From Mobula hypostoma (lineage: Eukaryota), in the NCBI RefSeq assembly GCF_963921235.1, contig NC_086118.1, positions 22,136,001 through 22,196,000 on the forward strand: a DNA stretch of 60,000 nt, read 5' to 3'. A program made the position numbers and the translations under genes. Position 1 is the first letter of the stretch, and each line of letters starts with the position of its first letter. Shown here one piece after another: positions 26,391 to 40,649 of the stretch. The notes beneath the pieces were generated by a model, which made no database searches, was not told the DNA's origin, and was given only the letters and a program-made list of their open reading frames with translations.

Positions 26391-26864
26391 ATTATAATAT
26401 CTAAATAATTAGCCTACCTCATGCAAGGGCAGTTGTGTGTCTCTGTCCTGTTTTCTTTAAAACAGGAGTTGGGCCAGATGACATCCTGTCCTGACATTTG
26501 AAAGGCTCCTCTCTATTTAGAGTTAAATTCGACTCCTAATTTCACTCCTTATTGCTGCTTTACAAAATTTATGAAGTTAAGACTGATAATTCTCACTTCT
26601 GAGGTTCCTTATATTTACACAAAAATATAATTGTTAGTAATATCCACACTACTTCCACATTAGTGTGTACAGATTTTTGTCATTAATGCAGACATCACAT
26701 TGTAACATGAAATTTCTAATTCCTTGAAATTACAATAAATATATTAAATCTCATAAATTTTACTGCATTTTATACATTTTAAAATGGGAAGAGGATGCCA
26801 CAATTTGAGCTGCAATATCCAATTAGTAAGCGAATGATTCAAATCTAACACTTTCAGTGTCCCC

Positions 26865-27315
26865 CCCGAAGGTCAAACCTGTGACTGGCAAGTCCAGGGG
26901 TTGATACGCGGAAGTCAGCCAATTCTGGAAGAGAAGCCGAAGGTTGAATGCCAGAGGTCAGCAAGGCAGGAGGTGAAACGTCGAGCCTGCAAGTCCAGGC
27001 CTGGGACTGGAGGTTAGAGGCCTGATGTTAAGAGTCTAGAGGCCTGGATGTGACCTGCCCTGGGATTGAAGGCCTGTATGTGTGTGTGTGAGGGAATGGG
27101 AAGTGGGAAAGGGACTTGTTTTGTTATTATTGTCTTATTTGTTGCTGCTTGCATTATTTTGCCAAACATTATGGGCATGCTACATTGGTGCAGGAATATA
27201 TGGCAACCCTTCCAGGCTGCTCCCGGCACATCATCGGCTGTGTTGGTTGTTAGTGCAAATGACACGTTTCACTGTATGTTTCAAAGGACTTATGATATAT
27301 AAATCTGAATCTGAA
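26865..27315 (+). mobile_element. Non-autonomous SINE-like element
   Basis: Tail ATAAATCTGAATCTGAA; 3' part resembles the minus strand of 4100-4210. Confidence 0.5.
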
Positions 27316-29104
27316 ATCTCGGGTGGGAGACAAACTGCTTCTCCTCACCCTTGGAGGCTTAATTAAAAGAAAAGGGAAACTGGTGGAGTCTGCAATTTGT
27401 GAAGAAAATGCTACCTTGTAATTCTGCAAGGAGTCTGCAGCCTGCAAAGACAATGATGAACTACTGCAGCCTCCGTTCATCCTGCTCCTATGCTGTCCTC
27501 CGGCAATTTACTGATGGCTTTATCCTGTCGGAACTGAGAAAAACCCCAAACTACTTCCTTCTTCCGATAGCATGTTGTTCTTTAAGCTACACTGTATACT
27601 TATTTGCATTCCTGGTTGAAGCAAACTTCCAAAGCAAACTGAACTCATTGTTCTTACATCAGCTCGAAAAATGAATGGCATTTTGGCAGAGAATTCCTTA
27701 TCTCTCTTAAATGAAATCCACTGTCTATTCCAGGAAAAATCCTGAGATTAATACAATTTAACTTTTTTTTTCCCCGTGCTTTGACTTCCTACTCCCACCT
27801 CTCCAAATCCTGCGGTACCAGATGCAGCAGATGTTGAAGGGAGTCCTGCTTTCAGAGTCTGGGGGCTTGTAAAAAGAAGTGATACTGAAAATTAAGGCAG
27901 GAAGAGTAAGAAATCACAGCTGCCATCAGACTGAGGGGCTGCGGCTCCATCCTCTTCCAATACTGAAGCAATTTGATGCTATCTGCCTCTGTGGATCTCC
28001 ACCAGACATAGAGAAAATACAAAAGAAAAATTGTTTTGCAATGTTTTTCTCCTTAAACAGCTGTTACCGTTGCATGCAATTGGTTAAAAAAATTTCCCAT
28101 TCCTAAACTGATTTATTTTCCTTCTCATTGATACATTTTGCCGACTGCATTCATGAAGAATGAGAGAAACAATGTCAACAGCCTGTTTCATACAGAGTAA
28201 AAGGCACATGATATGGTTGGCACTGATGTACCAAAGGAGATAACAGCAAAGATGACAAAAATTTGGTTAAAGTGGTTGGGATTTAGTTCAGAATAGGGGA
28301 GGACTAAGGCAGGGAGATTTAAGGAGAGAATTGCAGACCCTGATGCCTTGTCTGATTAGGAGAAGGGAGAAGGGCCGCAAATTTTTAACTGAAGTTTGTT
28401 GTGGCCTGTCACCTATTTTGCCTTTCACGCGTGCTGAAAACTGCCCAGAAAAAATTGCCTTAAGATCAGAGGGAGAGCAAGTGAGAGAAGCCCCTTCTGT
28501 GATGGCCAATATAGTGGAAGTAGGCAGTAAAACACTTTTATTTCAAATATTGAATGTAAAGATAAATATGTGTAGCAAGGATTTATTGTTTTCTTGAATT
28601 ACATTCTTTATTAATGACTTATGTGGGGAAAGGTCAAAACATCGTTTTCTGTGCCCTTGGTATGAACATGTTTTCCATTATGAAGAAATGTTTGATTACT
28701 CTCTGTTAACCCTCATTGGAAAACACAGCAGGTGGTCATTCCTGCGCTCCAACAGGTTTGCTTCAGCTATTTTATGATGTGGAGCAACCCTTGAAATGGA
28801 GCAGAGTGAATTCTGACCTCAGGAAGGCGAAACCATGATGTTTAAGAAGTGCCGTCATTTACAACTGCAGTGGTTTCCTGCAAAGAATGTGGGATAGCAG
28901 CCGCATCAACTGTGGTCTGTGTATGAGCAGCCTAGGAAGACAAGCGCTATGTTAAGTGATCCACTGAGTCCTTTAATTGTCACAGATTTCATTCAACTGC
29001 ATTTGGAAACTCCTGTCTTATTGTTTCAACAATTTGCCTGGGAGCCAACTCCTGGTATCTGGTACCCTATGAGTAAACAAGTTGGCCAAGATATTTATTT
29101 AATT

Positions 29105-29340
29105 AAGTAATTTATTTAGATGCAGCTCAGAACAGAGCCTTCTGGCCCTTTGGGCCGTGCTGCCCAGCAATCCCCCTATTTAATCCTAGCATAATGATAG
29201 GACAATTTATAATGACCAATGAACCTACCAACTGCTGTATCTTTGGACTGTGGGAGGAAACCACAGCACCTGGAGGAAACTCATGTGGTCACAGGGAGAA
29301 CACAGAAACTCCTTACAGACAGTGGAGGGAATTGAATTTT
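29105..29340 (-). mobile_element. SINE-like element fragment
   Basis: Homologous to 12430-12710. Confidence 0.6.
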
Positions 29341-29467
29341 TCATCTTTTACACGCACATTTGAAGCATGGCTGCATGGGGGTCCCATAGCAATGTGGTGA
29401 ATTCAAGGGGGTGTGATACAGTAGCACACACCATTTGCAAAGTATTGTACACTTTAAAATCACAGGC

Positions 29468-29470
<3 letters not shown>

Positions 29471-29520
<50 letters not shown>

Positions 29521-29523
29521 ACA
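29471..29523. repeat. (CA)n microsatellite
   Basis: Near-perfect CA run. Confidence 0.98.
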
Positions 29524-29794
29524 AATCCTCCATAGATCTAATAGCACACGAGGTCCAACTTTGTCTCACCTACTCCTCACCGTAATGGGAACTCTTAAAG
29601 GATGTGGTACTTTGTAAACAGGGCCTATCTTGAGGTAAATTTGTCCTTAAATGTTAAAGAAAGTGTAACTGAGCAGAGCGCAAGTGTCACCAGTTGCTGA
29701 CAGGGAGCCAGGACAGTAGACTCTTGGGAACCCACAAGATAAAGTTATAAACAGGAAGCTACCTGCACAAAGAGAGCTAAGAGAGTTAAGGGAG

Positions 29795-30220
29795 CTAGGG
29801 CTTTACTGTTTGGCGAGAAGGAGGATGAGAGGAGACATGATAGATATTAAGAGGAATAGATAGAGTGGACAGTCAGTGCTTCTTCCCCAGGGCACCACTG
29901 CTCAATCCAAGAGGACATGGCTTTAAGGTAAGGGGTGAGAAGTTCAAGGGGGTTATTAGAGGAAGGTTTTTTACTCAGAGAGTGGTTGGTGCGTGGAATG
30001 CACTGCCTGAGTCAGTGGTGGAGGCAGATACAATAGTGAAATTTAAGAGACTACTAGACAGGTAGAGTGGACAGCCAGCGCTTCTTCCCCAGGGCACCAC
30101 TGGAGGAAATTAACGTGGGGGGGTTATACAGAAGGCAGGGATTAAGGGTCAGCACAATGTTGTGGGCCGAAGGGCCTGTACTGTGCTGTACTATTCTATG
30201 TTCTAAGTTCTATGTTCTAA
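29795..30220 (+). mobile_element. CR1 LINE 3' end
   Basis: RGRFFTQRVVGAWNALPESVVEADT C-terminus; GGCCGAAGGGCCTGT hairpin and TTCTATG tail; ~40-bp internal duplication (29860 and 30062). Confidence 0.9.
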
Positions 30221-33200
30221 GAGTGGTGGAGTTACCTATGAGAGGATATTCCCTGCTGGAATCTTCACTGTAAGACATCCCGGCATAGTCCCAGACAGAT
30301 GTGAGATCTTTCAGAAGTGCAGGAAGAGACTTATACTCTACTGTAGCTGTTATGTCAAAGTTGTTGTTGTGTATTTAATATGTCAGTAATATTTGAGTAG
30401 TATTGTAAATATGTTGTTTGATTTGCATTCTTTGTTGTTTCCAGAGCTCATTACAGGTTATATGGAAAAATATAAGATTGGCATGCAGCATTACACCATC
30501 ACGTCCTATGTGAACACCTCGTTAAAATAAAACTAAATGTACACAAGTTATCCCCAGCTCCTGTGTTTTTCTTTCAATTAGTTTTATGTGTTGGAGTTAC
30601 AAAATATAACGGTGTTGATAAGTAAGTTTTAAAATAAACCCGAGATGACTGGCTACCTTTTGAAGTGTAGCATGTTTTTCTTCTTTGCAAGGAGACAGAG
30701 AGAGATATTTGAGTTAAAAAAATGTGCAGCACAACTTGTTTCCAGAAGGAGTCAGATATGTTCGAGTTAATAAAAAGGCAGAAAACGGCCGAAATTCATG
30801 GGTTCATGAATAGTGACTATTGAGTGATAATAATAATATATTTTAAAAAAGCAAAAATGGCTGGTTACACTGGAAAGACAGATTGTACAAATGGGTAATA
30901 TTCTGGTTATTAAATTGAGCAGTATTTTGAAGCAATTGAAATAGCCAATGAGAAAGGAGTGCCAACTTTGCTAAGTATAATAGATGGAAAAATATAATTT
31001 GCAAAAATGCTTGACTGCTCCAACCAAACCAGCTGAAATAAGTTTTGCTGATATTGTGAATGTAATGAAGGAAAATTTAGAACCAAAGCCATTGTTGATT
31101 GCAAAATACTTTAGGTTTTATCAGTGGAATCAAAAGGAAAGGAAATCCATTTCAGTTTATGTGGCTGAATTGAAGAAATTGTCTGAACCTTCTCAGTTCT
31201 GTGATGGGCTTAATGGTAATGGCTTAGCTTGTGGAAACTTGCAAAGAACCACTCAAAAATGACTCCTAACTGAAGCATGACTTACATTTAAAAAAGCAGT
31301 TGAAATCGCTGTATCAATGGAAACAGCAGCTGGAGATGCAATAGAGTTGCAGTCAGGAATGAAAGTGTGCATGAACAAAATTGCAGCAGTTAAAATGAAG
31401 CTGGTCTTGCTGAACAAATTGTGATATCATTGTGGGTAGGGCTCATATACACCAGAACAATGCAGGTTTAAAGGCAAAACTTGCAGAACGTGCAACAAAG
31501 TAGGAAACCTACAAAAAGCATGCCGAGCAGACAAAAATAAATGAGCTGCACAGAAAAGAGAAAAAGATAAAAGGTCAAGTTTCAGTTTAATAAAAAGTCT
31601 GATAATGATGAGATTGACACAGGACAGGGTAGGCTTAAGATTTACAATAGACAAGCAATATAGCTTACTCCAGAAATGAATGGCAAATTAATTCAAATGG
31701 GATTGAACACTGGCTCAGCTAGTTCAGTCATTCCACAAAATTTGAACAGTGTTTCAAAGATATTGAACTGAAGCCTGCAGATATTTAACAAAGAATTTAT
31801 ACTGATAAAAAAATAACTCCTGTGGAAATGACATTCATAACAGTGAAATACAACAACCAACATGCCATATTGGGCTTGTATGTTCTAAAATCAGGAGAGC
31901 CAGCATTGTGCAGTCAAGATTGACTGAGATAACTACAACTTAATTGAAGGTCCATCCAGCAATTGCATGCCAATCCCTTGCAATAAAGTCAACTGAAGTT
32001 GAACAAAGAAAGGTACTGGATGATGCCACGGCAGTGCTCAGGGATTTCATTGGAAAACTGAAACATATCAAGGGTAAAAGAGTGTTAAATAAAAATGCCA
32101 CATCCAAGTTTTACAAAGCCCTTCTTGTTCTTCAAACCATCCGTGATAAAGTAAATAGTAAGCTAGATCGCATGGAGGCTAAAAGAATTCTGTCTAAGAT
32201 CGAGTGGAACCCATGGGCAATGTCAGTGGCCCCAGGAGCCAGGAAGAATGGTCTGTCAGGTTCTGTGGTGATTTTAAGGTCACCATCAATCCAGTACTGA
32301 AAGTAGGTCATTAACCTCTACCGAGGATAGAGGATATCTTTGCAAACCGTTCTAGTGTGAAACACTTCAGCAAAGTGACTTAGCTGAAGCCTATCTACAG
32401 ATGGAGATGGAAGGAGAATCCAAAGGGTTTTTCACCATAAACACACAAAAAGGCTTTATAACCATAATAGGCTTAATTTTGGAATAGTGTCTGGACCTGC
32501 ACACTGGCAGAAAACTATGAACCAGGTGCTACAAAGCTGTCCAGGCACTCTGTGTTACCTGGATGACATCATTGTTTATGGTGAGGATTGCAAGGAACAT
32601 CTGCAACATCTCAAAGCAGTGATAAAATGATGAAAAGATTGTGGGCTCAGAGCATGACGCAGCGAGTGTGAATTCTTTAAACCAAGCATCACTTCTTGCG
32701 GTCATACCATTGATGCACAAGCATTGCACAAGTGTGCTGAGAAAATCCAAGCAGTGGTGGATGCCCCAAGGCTAATGGATGTGTCACAGTTGCGATCCTT
32801 TTTGGATTTGTCAACTACAAGTACCATAACAGCTTCCTGCCAAACCTTACTACTGTGTTCCTCCCCTTAAACTCATTAGTATGGAGTAGGAAGAAATGGC
32901 AATGGACAAAGCAGAGTGAGGTGGCTTTACAAAAGGCAAAGGAACTGGTGACAGTGGACAGCTGCAGCCATGTCACATGTTAGAAGTGACAGAATTGAAA
33001 GCCCCCATAGCCTTTGCATCATGTTGCAGCCAAAAATTACACACAGATTGGCAGAGAGGCCTTGAGTCTGGTTTGGGGTGTGAAACCTTTCAACCAGTAC
33101 CTGTATGAGAGAGAGTTCACCCTCATTCCTGTTGAGAGTGTTCCACTAACAGCGACAGCGTGAATGATTTGCCCCTTTCACCCTTAGAAAAGAAAATAGC

Positions 33201-33454
33201 TGAAAAATTTACAAAAGAGGACAATTCTCTTGACTTATTATCCCTAATGCAAATCAGAAGTCTCTCTATTATAGCAGAGATGATGTAAAGGGAAACCCCA
33301 CGCTGTCTCAAGTCTACGTGGCCATCAAAAATGTCTGGGATGTGAGATAGAAATCCCAGATACCCTATTTTTACCAGTGCCAGGATGAACTTGACCTTGT
33401 TGGAGCTTGCCGTATGTTGACAGGGAGTTGTTGTACCATCCAAGCTGAGAACTA

Positions 33455-33835
33455 ATGAGTCAGAATCATGTTTAATATCACTGGCATATGCCATGAAATT
33501 TGTTAACTTAGTGGCAGCAGTCCAATCCAATACATAATAAATATAGAAAAATTAGTAAATATATAAATTGCAGTAAGTATATATGTATTTTAACTAGTTA
33601 AATTAAAAATAGTCATGCAAAAACAGAAATAATAAAAAAAATGAGATAGTGTTCATGGGTTCAATGTTCATTCAGGAATCAGATGGCAGAGGGGAAAAAC
33701 TGCTCCTGATTCGCTAAGTGTGTACATTCAGGCTTCTGTACATCCTTCCTGGTGGTAACGAGAAGAGGGCATGCCCAGGGTGATTGGGGTCCTTAATAAT
33801 GGATGCTGCCTTTCTGAAGCACTGCTCCTCGAAGA
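33455..33835 (-). mobile_element. Rex1/Babar 3' end inserted in Gypsy pol
   Basis: Reverse complement of the 36310-36710 type tail. Confidence 0.85.
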
Positions 33836-34285
33836 TTAGAAGCTAGCTCATTTCCTCCACACATATCGCAATACAGCACACGCCACAAATAGCAATTTGC
33901 CAGCTATGTTGTTTCTGGGTTGTCCCTTGCGCTCATGCTTGGATCTCCTCAAACCTCAATTTCAGAAGGATTATGCAGGACAAAAGGCTGAGGAAAACTG
34001 GGGGCCCCCAAAACAAGGAGGTTTGATGTTTCATGCCTGGACAAGCAGTCCTGGTGAGGGACTACAGAGATGGTCAAAAGTGGGTACTTGGAAAGATTAA
34101 TAAGAGAACTGGATCACTCTCCTACACAGTGAAGATTGTTTCTGATATCATCCAGAGATGATTAGTTGTGGACAGCATTGTCCATTGTTGGAGAAGGAAG
34201 GTGTCCAGAGCTGTCAGAACGAGAGTCAACTCGTACCCCTACCACAGAAGAGGCCCTAGAACCTGAGATTGTTTCACAGCCACAA

Positions 34286-34288
<3 letters not shown>

Positions 34289-34321
<33 letters not shown>

Positions 34322-34339
34322 TCTCGCTCTCTCTGTCTC

Positions 34340-34374
<35 letters not shown>

Positions 34375-34399
34375 ATATATATATCAACATATGCATCTC

Positions 34400-34446
<47 letters not shown>

Positions 34447-34476
34447 ACATACACGCACACACACACACATATATAT
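34289..34476. repeat. Compound microsatellite (TA)n(TC/TCTG)n(CA)n(CG)n
   Basis: Directly visible. Confidence 0.97.
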
Positions 34477-34562
34477 GCAGTATGTTGAGATGCATTCTAT
34501 TATGAGTTTATAGCTTAGCAGGGAGGAGAGTTGTATTTCTAATATTCCATTAGTGTTCCATT

Positions 34563-36710
34563 AGTGAGGACCAAGAAGGTATGGACAAGGGAAGCACAGG
34601 AGCACCTACAGGACTGCTTTGAATCGGTGGACTGGACTGTATTCAGGAATTCATCTTTGAATCTGGATGAGTGTGCTGCAGTTGTTCCCGACTTCACTAA
34701 AACCTGTGTGGATGAGTGAGTGCTGACAAAGACTTACTGTACATTCCCAGACCAAAAGCCGTGAATGAACCAGGAGATACGTTGTCTGCTGAAGGCTAGA
34801 TCTGTGGCATTCAAGTCTGGCAACCCAGGTCTGTACCAGAAAACCAAGTATGATTTGTGAAGGGCTATTTCAAGGGCGAAGGGACAATTTTGAACATGGT
34901 TGGAGGCGATATCAGATACACGGCAACTCTGGCAGAGACTACAAGACATTACTTCCTACAAAGCGAAACCCAATAGCATGAATGGAAGCAATGCTTCTCT
35001 ACCAGATGAACTCAACACCTTCTATGCCCACTTTGAAAGGGAGAACACAACTACAGCTGTGAAGATCCCTGCTGCACCTGATGACCTTGTGTTCCCTGTC
35101 TCAGAGGCTGAATTTAGACTGTCTTTAAAGAGAGTGAACCCTCGCAAGGCAGATGGTCCCGATGGAGTACCTGGTAATGCTCTGAAAACCTGTGCCAACC
35201 AACTGACGGGAGTATTCAAGGACATTTTCAACCTCTCATTGCCATGGGCAAAAGTTCCCACTTGCTTCAAAAAGACAACAATTACATCAGTGCCAAAGAA
35301 GAACAATGTGGGCTGCCTTAACGACTATCGCCCGGTAGCACTCACATCGACAGTGATGAAATGCTTTGAGGGGTTGGTTATGACTAGACTGAACTCCTAC
35401 CTCAGCAAGGACCTGGACCCACTGCAATTTGCCTATTGTCACAATAGGTCAATGGCAGATGCAATCTCCATGGCTCTTCACACGGCTTTAGACCACCTAG
35501 ACAACACAAACACCTACGTCAGGATGCTGTTAATCGACTATAGCTCAGCATTTAATATCATCATTCCCACAAACCTGATAGAGAAGTTGCAGAACCTGGG
35601 TCTCTGTACCTCCCTCTGTAAGTGGATTCTCGACTTCCTAACCAGAAGACTGCAATCTGTGCGGATTGGTGATAACATATCCTCCTCACTGACGATCAAC
35701 ACTGGCGCACCTCAGGGGTGTGTGCTTAGCCCACTGTTCTATTCACTGTATACACATGACTGTGGCTAGGCATAGCTTGAATACCATCCACAAATTTGCT
35801 GATGATACAGCCATTATTGGTAGAATCTCAGGTGGTGACGAGAGGGTTTACAGGAGTGAGATATGTCAACTAGTGGAGTGGTGCCGCAGCAACAACCTGG
35901 CACTCAACATCAGTAAGACAAAAGAACTGACTGTGGCCTTCAGGAAGGGTAAGACGAAGGAACACATACCAATCCTCATAGAGGGATCAGAAGTGGAGAG
36001 AGTGAGCAGTTTCAAGTTCCTGGGTGTCAAGATCTCTGAGGATCTAACCTTTTCCCAACATGCTGATGTAGTCATAAAGAAGGCAAGACAACGGCTATAC
36101 TTTATTAGGAATTTGAAGAAATTTGGCATGTCAACAAACACACTTAAAAACTTCTATAGTTGTACTGTGGAGAGCATTCTGACAGGCTGCATCACTGTCT
36201 GGTATGGAGGGGCTACTGCACAGGACCGAAAGAAGCTGCAGAAGGTTGTAAATCTGGTCAGTGCCATCTTGGCCGCTAACCTACAAAGTACCCAGGACAT
36301 CGTTAGGGACCGGTGTCTCAGAAAGGCAGCGTCCTTTATTAAGGACCTCCAGCACCCAGGGCATGCCCTTTTCTCACTGTTACCATCAGGTAGGAGATAC
36401 AGAAGCCTGAAGGCACACACTCAGCAATTCAGGAACAGCTTCTTCCCCTCCGCCATCCAATTCCTGAACGGACTTTGAAGCTTTGGACACTACCTCACTT
36501 TTTTAATATACAGTATTTCTGTTTTTGCACATTTTTAAATAATCTATTCAACATGCGCAATTTACTTGTTTATTTATTATTATATTTTATTTTATTTATT
36601 ACTACTATTTTTTTTCTGCCTGCTAGATTATGTATTGCATAGAACTGCTGCTGCTAAGTTAACAAATTTCACGTCACATGCCGGTGATAATAAACCTGAT
36701 TCTGATTCTG
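34563..36710 (+). mobile_element. Rex1/Babar LINE, 5'-truncated, inserted in the Gypsy 3' LTR
   Basis: RT ORFs 34900-35769 and 35720-36478; tail AATAAACCTGATTCTGATTCTG. Confidence 0.93.
34900..36478 (+). pseudogene. Rex1/Babar reverse transcriptase with one frameshift near 35770
   Basis: [36 protein letters not shown] and KFADDT motifs across two frames. Confidence 0.92.
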
Positions 36711-37189
36711 ATGTTTGAGTAATATTGTGCACAGCAAATTTGATTCAGTGATCTTTGTTGTTTACATAAGTCATTATGGGTTATACGGAAAATTATGTGA
36801 ATGGCATACGTCATTATGCCACCATGTCATAAGTGAGTGCGTCACTGAAGTAAAAGTAAATATTATCCCCAGCTCCCATGTTTTTCTTTCAATTAGCCTT
36901 ATGTTTTGGAGTTACAGAACATAACAGTTATCTTTTCACCATTTGGCATCATTCAGTCATGGGCAATGACCTCCTTGCACAAACATGACATACACATAGA
37001 AGAATGTGATTTAATGTCTGGAACTACACCATATGCACATGAAGTGCCCAATTACATTTAGCAACTGGACTTGACATTACATTCCATCAAGTAGCACATA
37101 AAATCATTGCACCAAGTAATAGAGTTTCTAGCCCAATGCACCTGAAGAGTATAGGTTGCAAATAATCAAATAAGTATAAAGTATTAGTA

Positions 37190-37775
37190 ATGACAAGGAA
37201 GGATGCATGTCAGGACTGTAATACGTGGGAGATATTGAGCAGAAAGATTTCCACATCTGTAGGAAAATGTTTTTAATAGTCGATACATTGAGTCCAAGAG
37301 TCAGGGAGTTAGGTTGCAACCTTATAAAACTCTGCTTACGCTGTATCCAAAGTATTGCATTCAGTTCTGGTCATCCCATTATAGGAAGGATGTGGAGACT
37401 TTGAAGAAGCTATGGAAGCAGTTTGCCAGGATGCTTCTGGAATTCGCGGGCATGTGGTATGGGGAGAAATTGGACAGGCTTGGACTGGTTTCTCTGGAAC
37501 AGTGGAGGCTGAGGAGATACCTGATAGAAGTTTAAGATTATGAGAGGCATAGACAGAGTAGACATCCAATAGCTTTTTTCACAGGGTTGAAGTATTTTAT
37601 AATAGAGAGCAAGTATTGAAGATAAGAGGTGGTAACTTCAAAGGAGATGTGCTGGGCAAGTTTTTTTTACGTGAAGAGAGGTGGGTGCCTGGACTGTTGC
37701 ATTAACAGAGGTAGCTGTGAAGACAAATATGATAGAGGTGTTTCAGAGTTTCTTAGACAAGCACACAAATATGCA
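37190..37775 (+). mobile_element. CR1 LINE 3' fragment
   Basis: YCIQFWSSHYRKDVETL...LGLVSLEQWRLR. Confidence 0.85.
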
Positions 37776-37789
37776 GAGAATGAGGGCGG

Positions 37790-38280
37790 AGTTAAGATGG
37801 CGCAAATGGCTGCCTCTTTGAGCTCATCTGCAGAAACACTTTAAATTCCTCTTGAGGACCTACAAGTACCTGGGGATGCACCTGTATGACAGACTTGAGT
37901 GGAGCACCAACTCAAAGGCTACGTACAAGAAGGACCAGAGTCACCTCTACGTCCAGAAGAGACTGAGGTCTTGTGAAGTATGCAGGCATCTCCTTTCATA
38001 TGCTCTACCAGTCTGTTGTCACCAGTACAATCTTCTATGTGGTGGTGCGCTGGGGCAATGGAATCAACACAGGTGATGCCAACAGGCTCAATAAGGGCAC
38101 CACACACTGCTGAAGCGAGAGGTTAAAGATCTCAGTGAACACACCAGCTAGTTAATTAGCACAAGCCTTTAGTACTGACCAGGTATCCTACCTGAACCAG
38201 ATGTTTTGTGAGAGTTCACCTTCCTGAAGTTTGTTCACACATCGTCTTCAGAGACTGAAATCACAGGATCATCGTTGTGC
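37790..38280. mobile_element. Rex1/Babar-like fragments, partly inverted
   Basis: AAGATGGCG start; TYKYLGMHLYDRLEWSTN on plus; RT remnant on minus after ~38097. Confidence 0.6.
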
Positions 38281-38499
38281 AAGGGAGAGGAAATTAGGAA
38301 GCAATGTTATGGGGCTTGGGGGGGATAGCAGAACATCTTTTGAATGGTCAATGATGATAGAAAGAGCAATGAAATGGTTATTTTATCAAAGAAATAACTG
38401 GCAATGTACATTTTTAGAGAAGATGATTTCACCTGAATGACCCTCAGAATAAAATTTAGTGGAAGTATCAATGAAAGATAATTGCACAAAACCCTGCCG

Positions 38500-39225
38500 C
38501 TAAACAATATTCAATGAAGAGTGCACTATCAGAGCAACACGAGGTAGAAAAATGAATCCCAGAATGATTAATACTGGGACAGCAAATTAGGTTAATTAAA
38601 AAAAACAAAATCTTCAAATATGTGCATGACACTTGGGGTATCAACAATATTGAAGAATTCTGCGACAAATGAAAATGTGAGATGAAACCAAGGAACAAAT
38701 TTCAACAGAAGGAAATATAAGGTATTATCTTCTGGTAAGCAAAACAAGGAGATGCCATATCATTTGGAAAATAGGAATCTAACTTGAGTCAAAGAACAAT
38801 GAGAACTCAGAGTACAAATAGTAATGTGGCAATATAGCAAGGAGGATTCACAATGCCACAGAAAAGGGTACTCTTGGATTTATTTTTAGAAAAATAGAAC
38901 AGAAAAGATGAGGGGTTTTGTTGACTTTTACAGTGAACTTTTATTATTCCAGCATTGGGGCAATATATGTAATTCTAACTGCCATATAAAAAAGACTACA
39001 GAGAAAATGCACAAAAGGCAATAAAATACAAAATACTAGAATTGTGAGGATATATTCCTTAGAAAGGTCTGAAGAATCCATCAATGCAAGAATTTCATCA
39101 AATCAAATTGGGAATTTGAAGAAATGGCTATGTCCAGACAGGTCTGAGTATATGGAACTCTGTGTTACAAGGATAGGTCAAGGTGAATAGAATATTCATA
39201 TTTAAGGAGACATAGATGATCATTA
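38500..39225 (+). mobile_element. Highly decayed CR1 fragment
   Basis: Residual CR1-type W.MK....N and WNSV motifs. Confidence 0.45.
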
Positions 39226-39984
39226 ATTTATGAATAAATAATAAAAATATTGAGAAAGAAGGACAAGAGGAAAGGAACTTGTAGGATTGAGTTTTTTTTT
39301 TCTGGGCTGTACATTTTGCTTCCTTTGATGCAAAAGAAACTCAGCACCTGTTTGAACTGCATTGAAGTGGTTTGATAACACAAAAACCCAATGTCTTAAT
39401 GGATATTCAGAGATGGATAATGTGGAAAGGGAGTTTGCACTACCATTCCATTTTACTTCATCTTTATTGTTCTCTGTGAATTCTGCTGCAAATGAGCAAA
39501 ATTGTAAATCAAGTTGGTTTTTGGTTAGGTGAAAATTTGCAGACAATTTGTTGAATTGAGAACGTTTTTATAAATCCCATGATATAATATTTACAATTAA
39601 GACATGAATGTTAGTCTAACTTCTAACACTAGGAAGCAGGCAAGCATTATCACTCAGACCAGCACTGTGGAAGATTACATGTGAATCTTTGTGTTTCAAA
39701 AAGTGTAGTTGGCTTTATGTTGGGTGTGCTCCTGATCAAACTTGTTTCAAGTTCTTTTTTTAAGGGTTTGAGCATCAATGTGTTTTTGTAAAGTCAGGGG
39801 TATGAATGCAAACTATTTTACCTCTTTGTTGTGATTTATTTGATCTGAGTTTGTGCTTGAGGTGATGTAGTTTGATCCAAAACTAGGGTCTTGAATCTAA
39901 ACAATGAAAACTACAAAGGTTCGTATAGTTAGACATGGTTGATAGGGAATTGCATTGAAGAATATCATCAGAGTGGACAGGTAC

Positions 39985-40570
39985 TGAAAGAAATAATGCA
40001 AGATCTCCAAACTATTCCAGCTGGGGCTGACAGAAGAAATTAACGATAGAATCAAACTAAAGGAAGAGGAGTATGAAGTTGCCAAAACGGACAATAAACC
40101 TGAGGATTGGAAGCATTTAAGAAATCAGCAATAAAGGACATAGTAATTGATATGGAAACGGAAGAATCAATATGAAAGGGAAGAAAATATGAAAAAACAT
40201 AGAATGAACTATAAAAGGAAAAAGATCATGGTGTCAAATATGAGTCCCTCACTGCCGGAGATACTAAATTTATAACAGGGAATAATTTGTGTCTATTTCA
40301 CATAAGAGCACCAAAAAAAATCCCAAACATAAGGGAGAACCAAGGGCCTAATGCAAATGAGGAAATAAAGTAACATTACAAAAAAAATACTGCTAGTGAT
40401 GTTGTTGAGGCTGAAAGCCAATAAATCCCACGGACATACCGTATATCAGAGCTTTTACTAAATGTTCCAGTTATTACATTCCCAAATTCTATAAATTCTA
40501 GGACTGCTGTAGTTTGGAGGATAACAAATGTACTTTTTTAAGGAGGGAGGGAGAAAATGGGAAGCCATTA
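39985..40570 (+). mobile_element. Decayed CR1 ORF2 fragment
   Basis: LRLKANKSHG and WRITNV..F..GGREK remnants. Confidence 0.55.
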
Positions 40571-40649
40571 AACTGTGAGCATAGCATCTGCAAAAGTGAT
40601 GAAACTGGAATCTATGACAACATACACTGCAACAAAATGCCTGGAAAAG

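Larger units (their letters stand above)
30365..36926 (+). mobile_element. Gypsy LTR retrotransposon (copy 2), decayed, with nested LINEs
   Basis: 5' LTR 30365-30611; gag LTAPTKPAEISF; RT YLDDII at ~32556; PPT AGCAGGGAGGAG at ~34518; 3' LTR split into ~34530-34550 and ~36712-36926; imperfect TSD GTTGT/GTTAT. Confidence 0.88.

Noticed and set aside
29341..29617. CV/HT-repeat ORFs (also 34166-34513)
   Set aside because: Microsatellite translations
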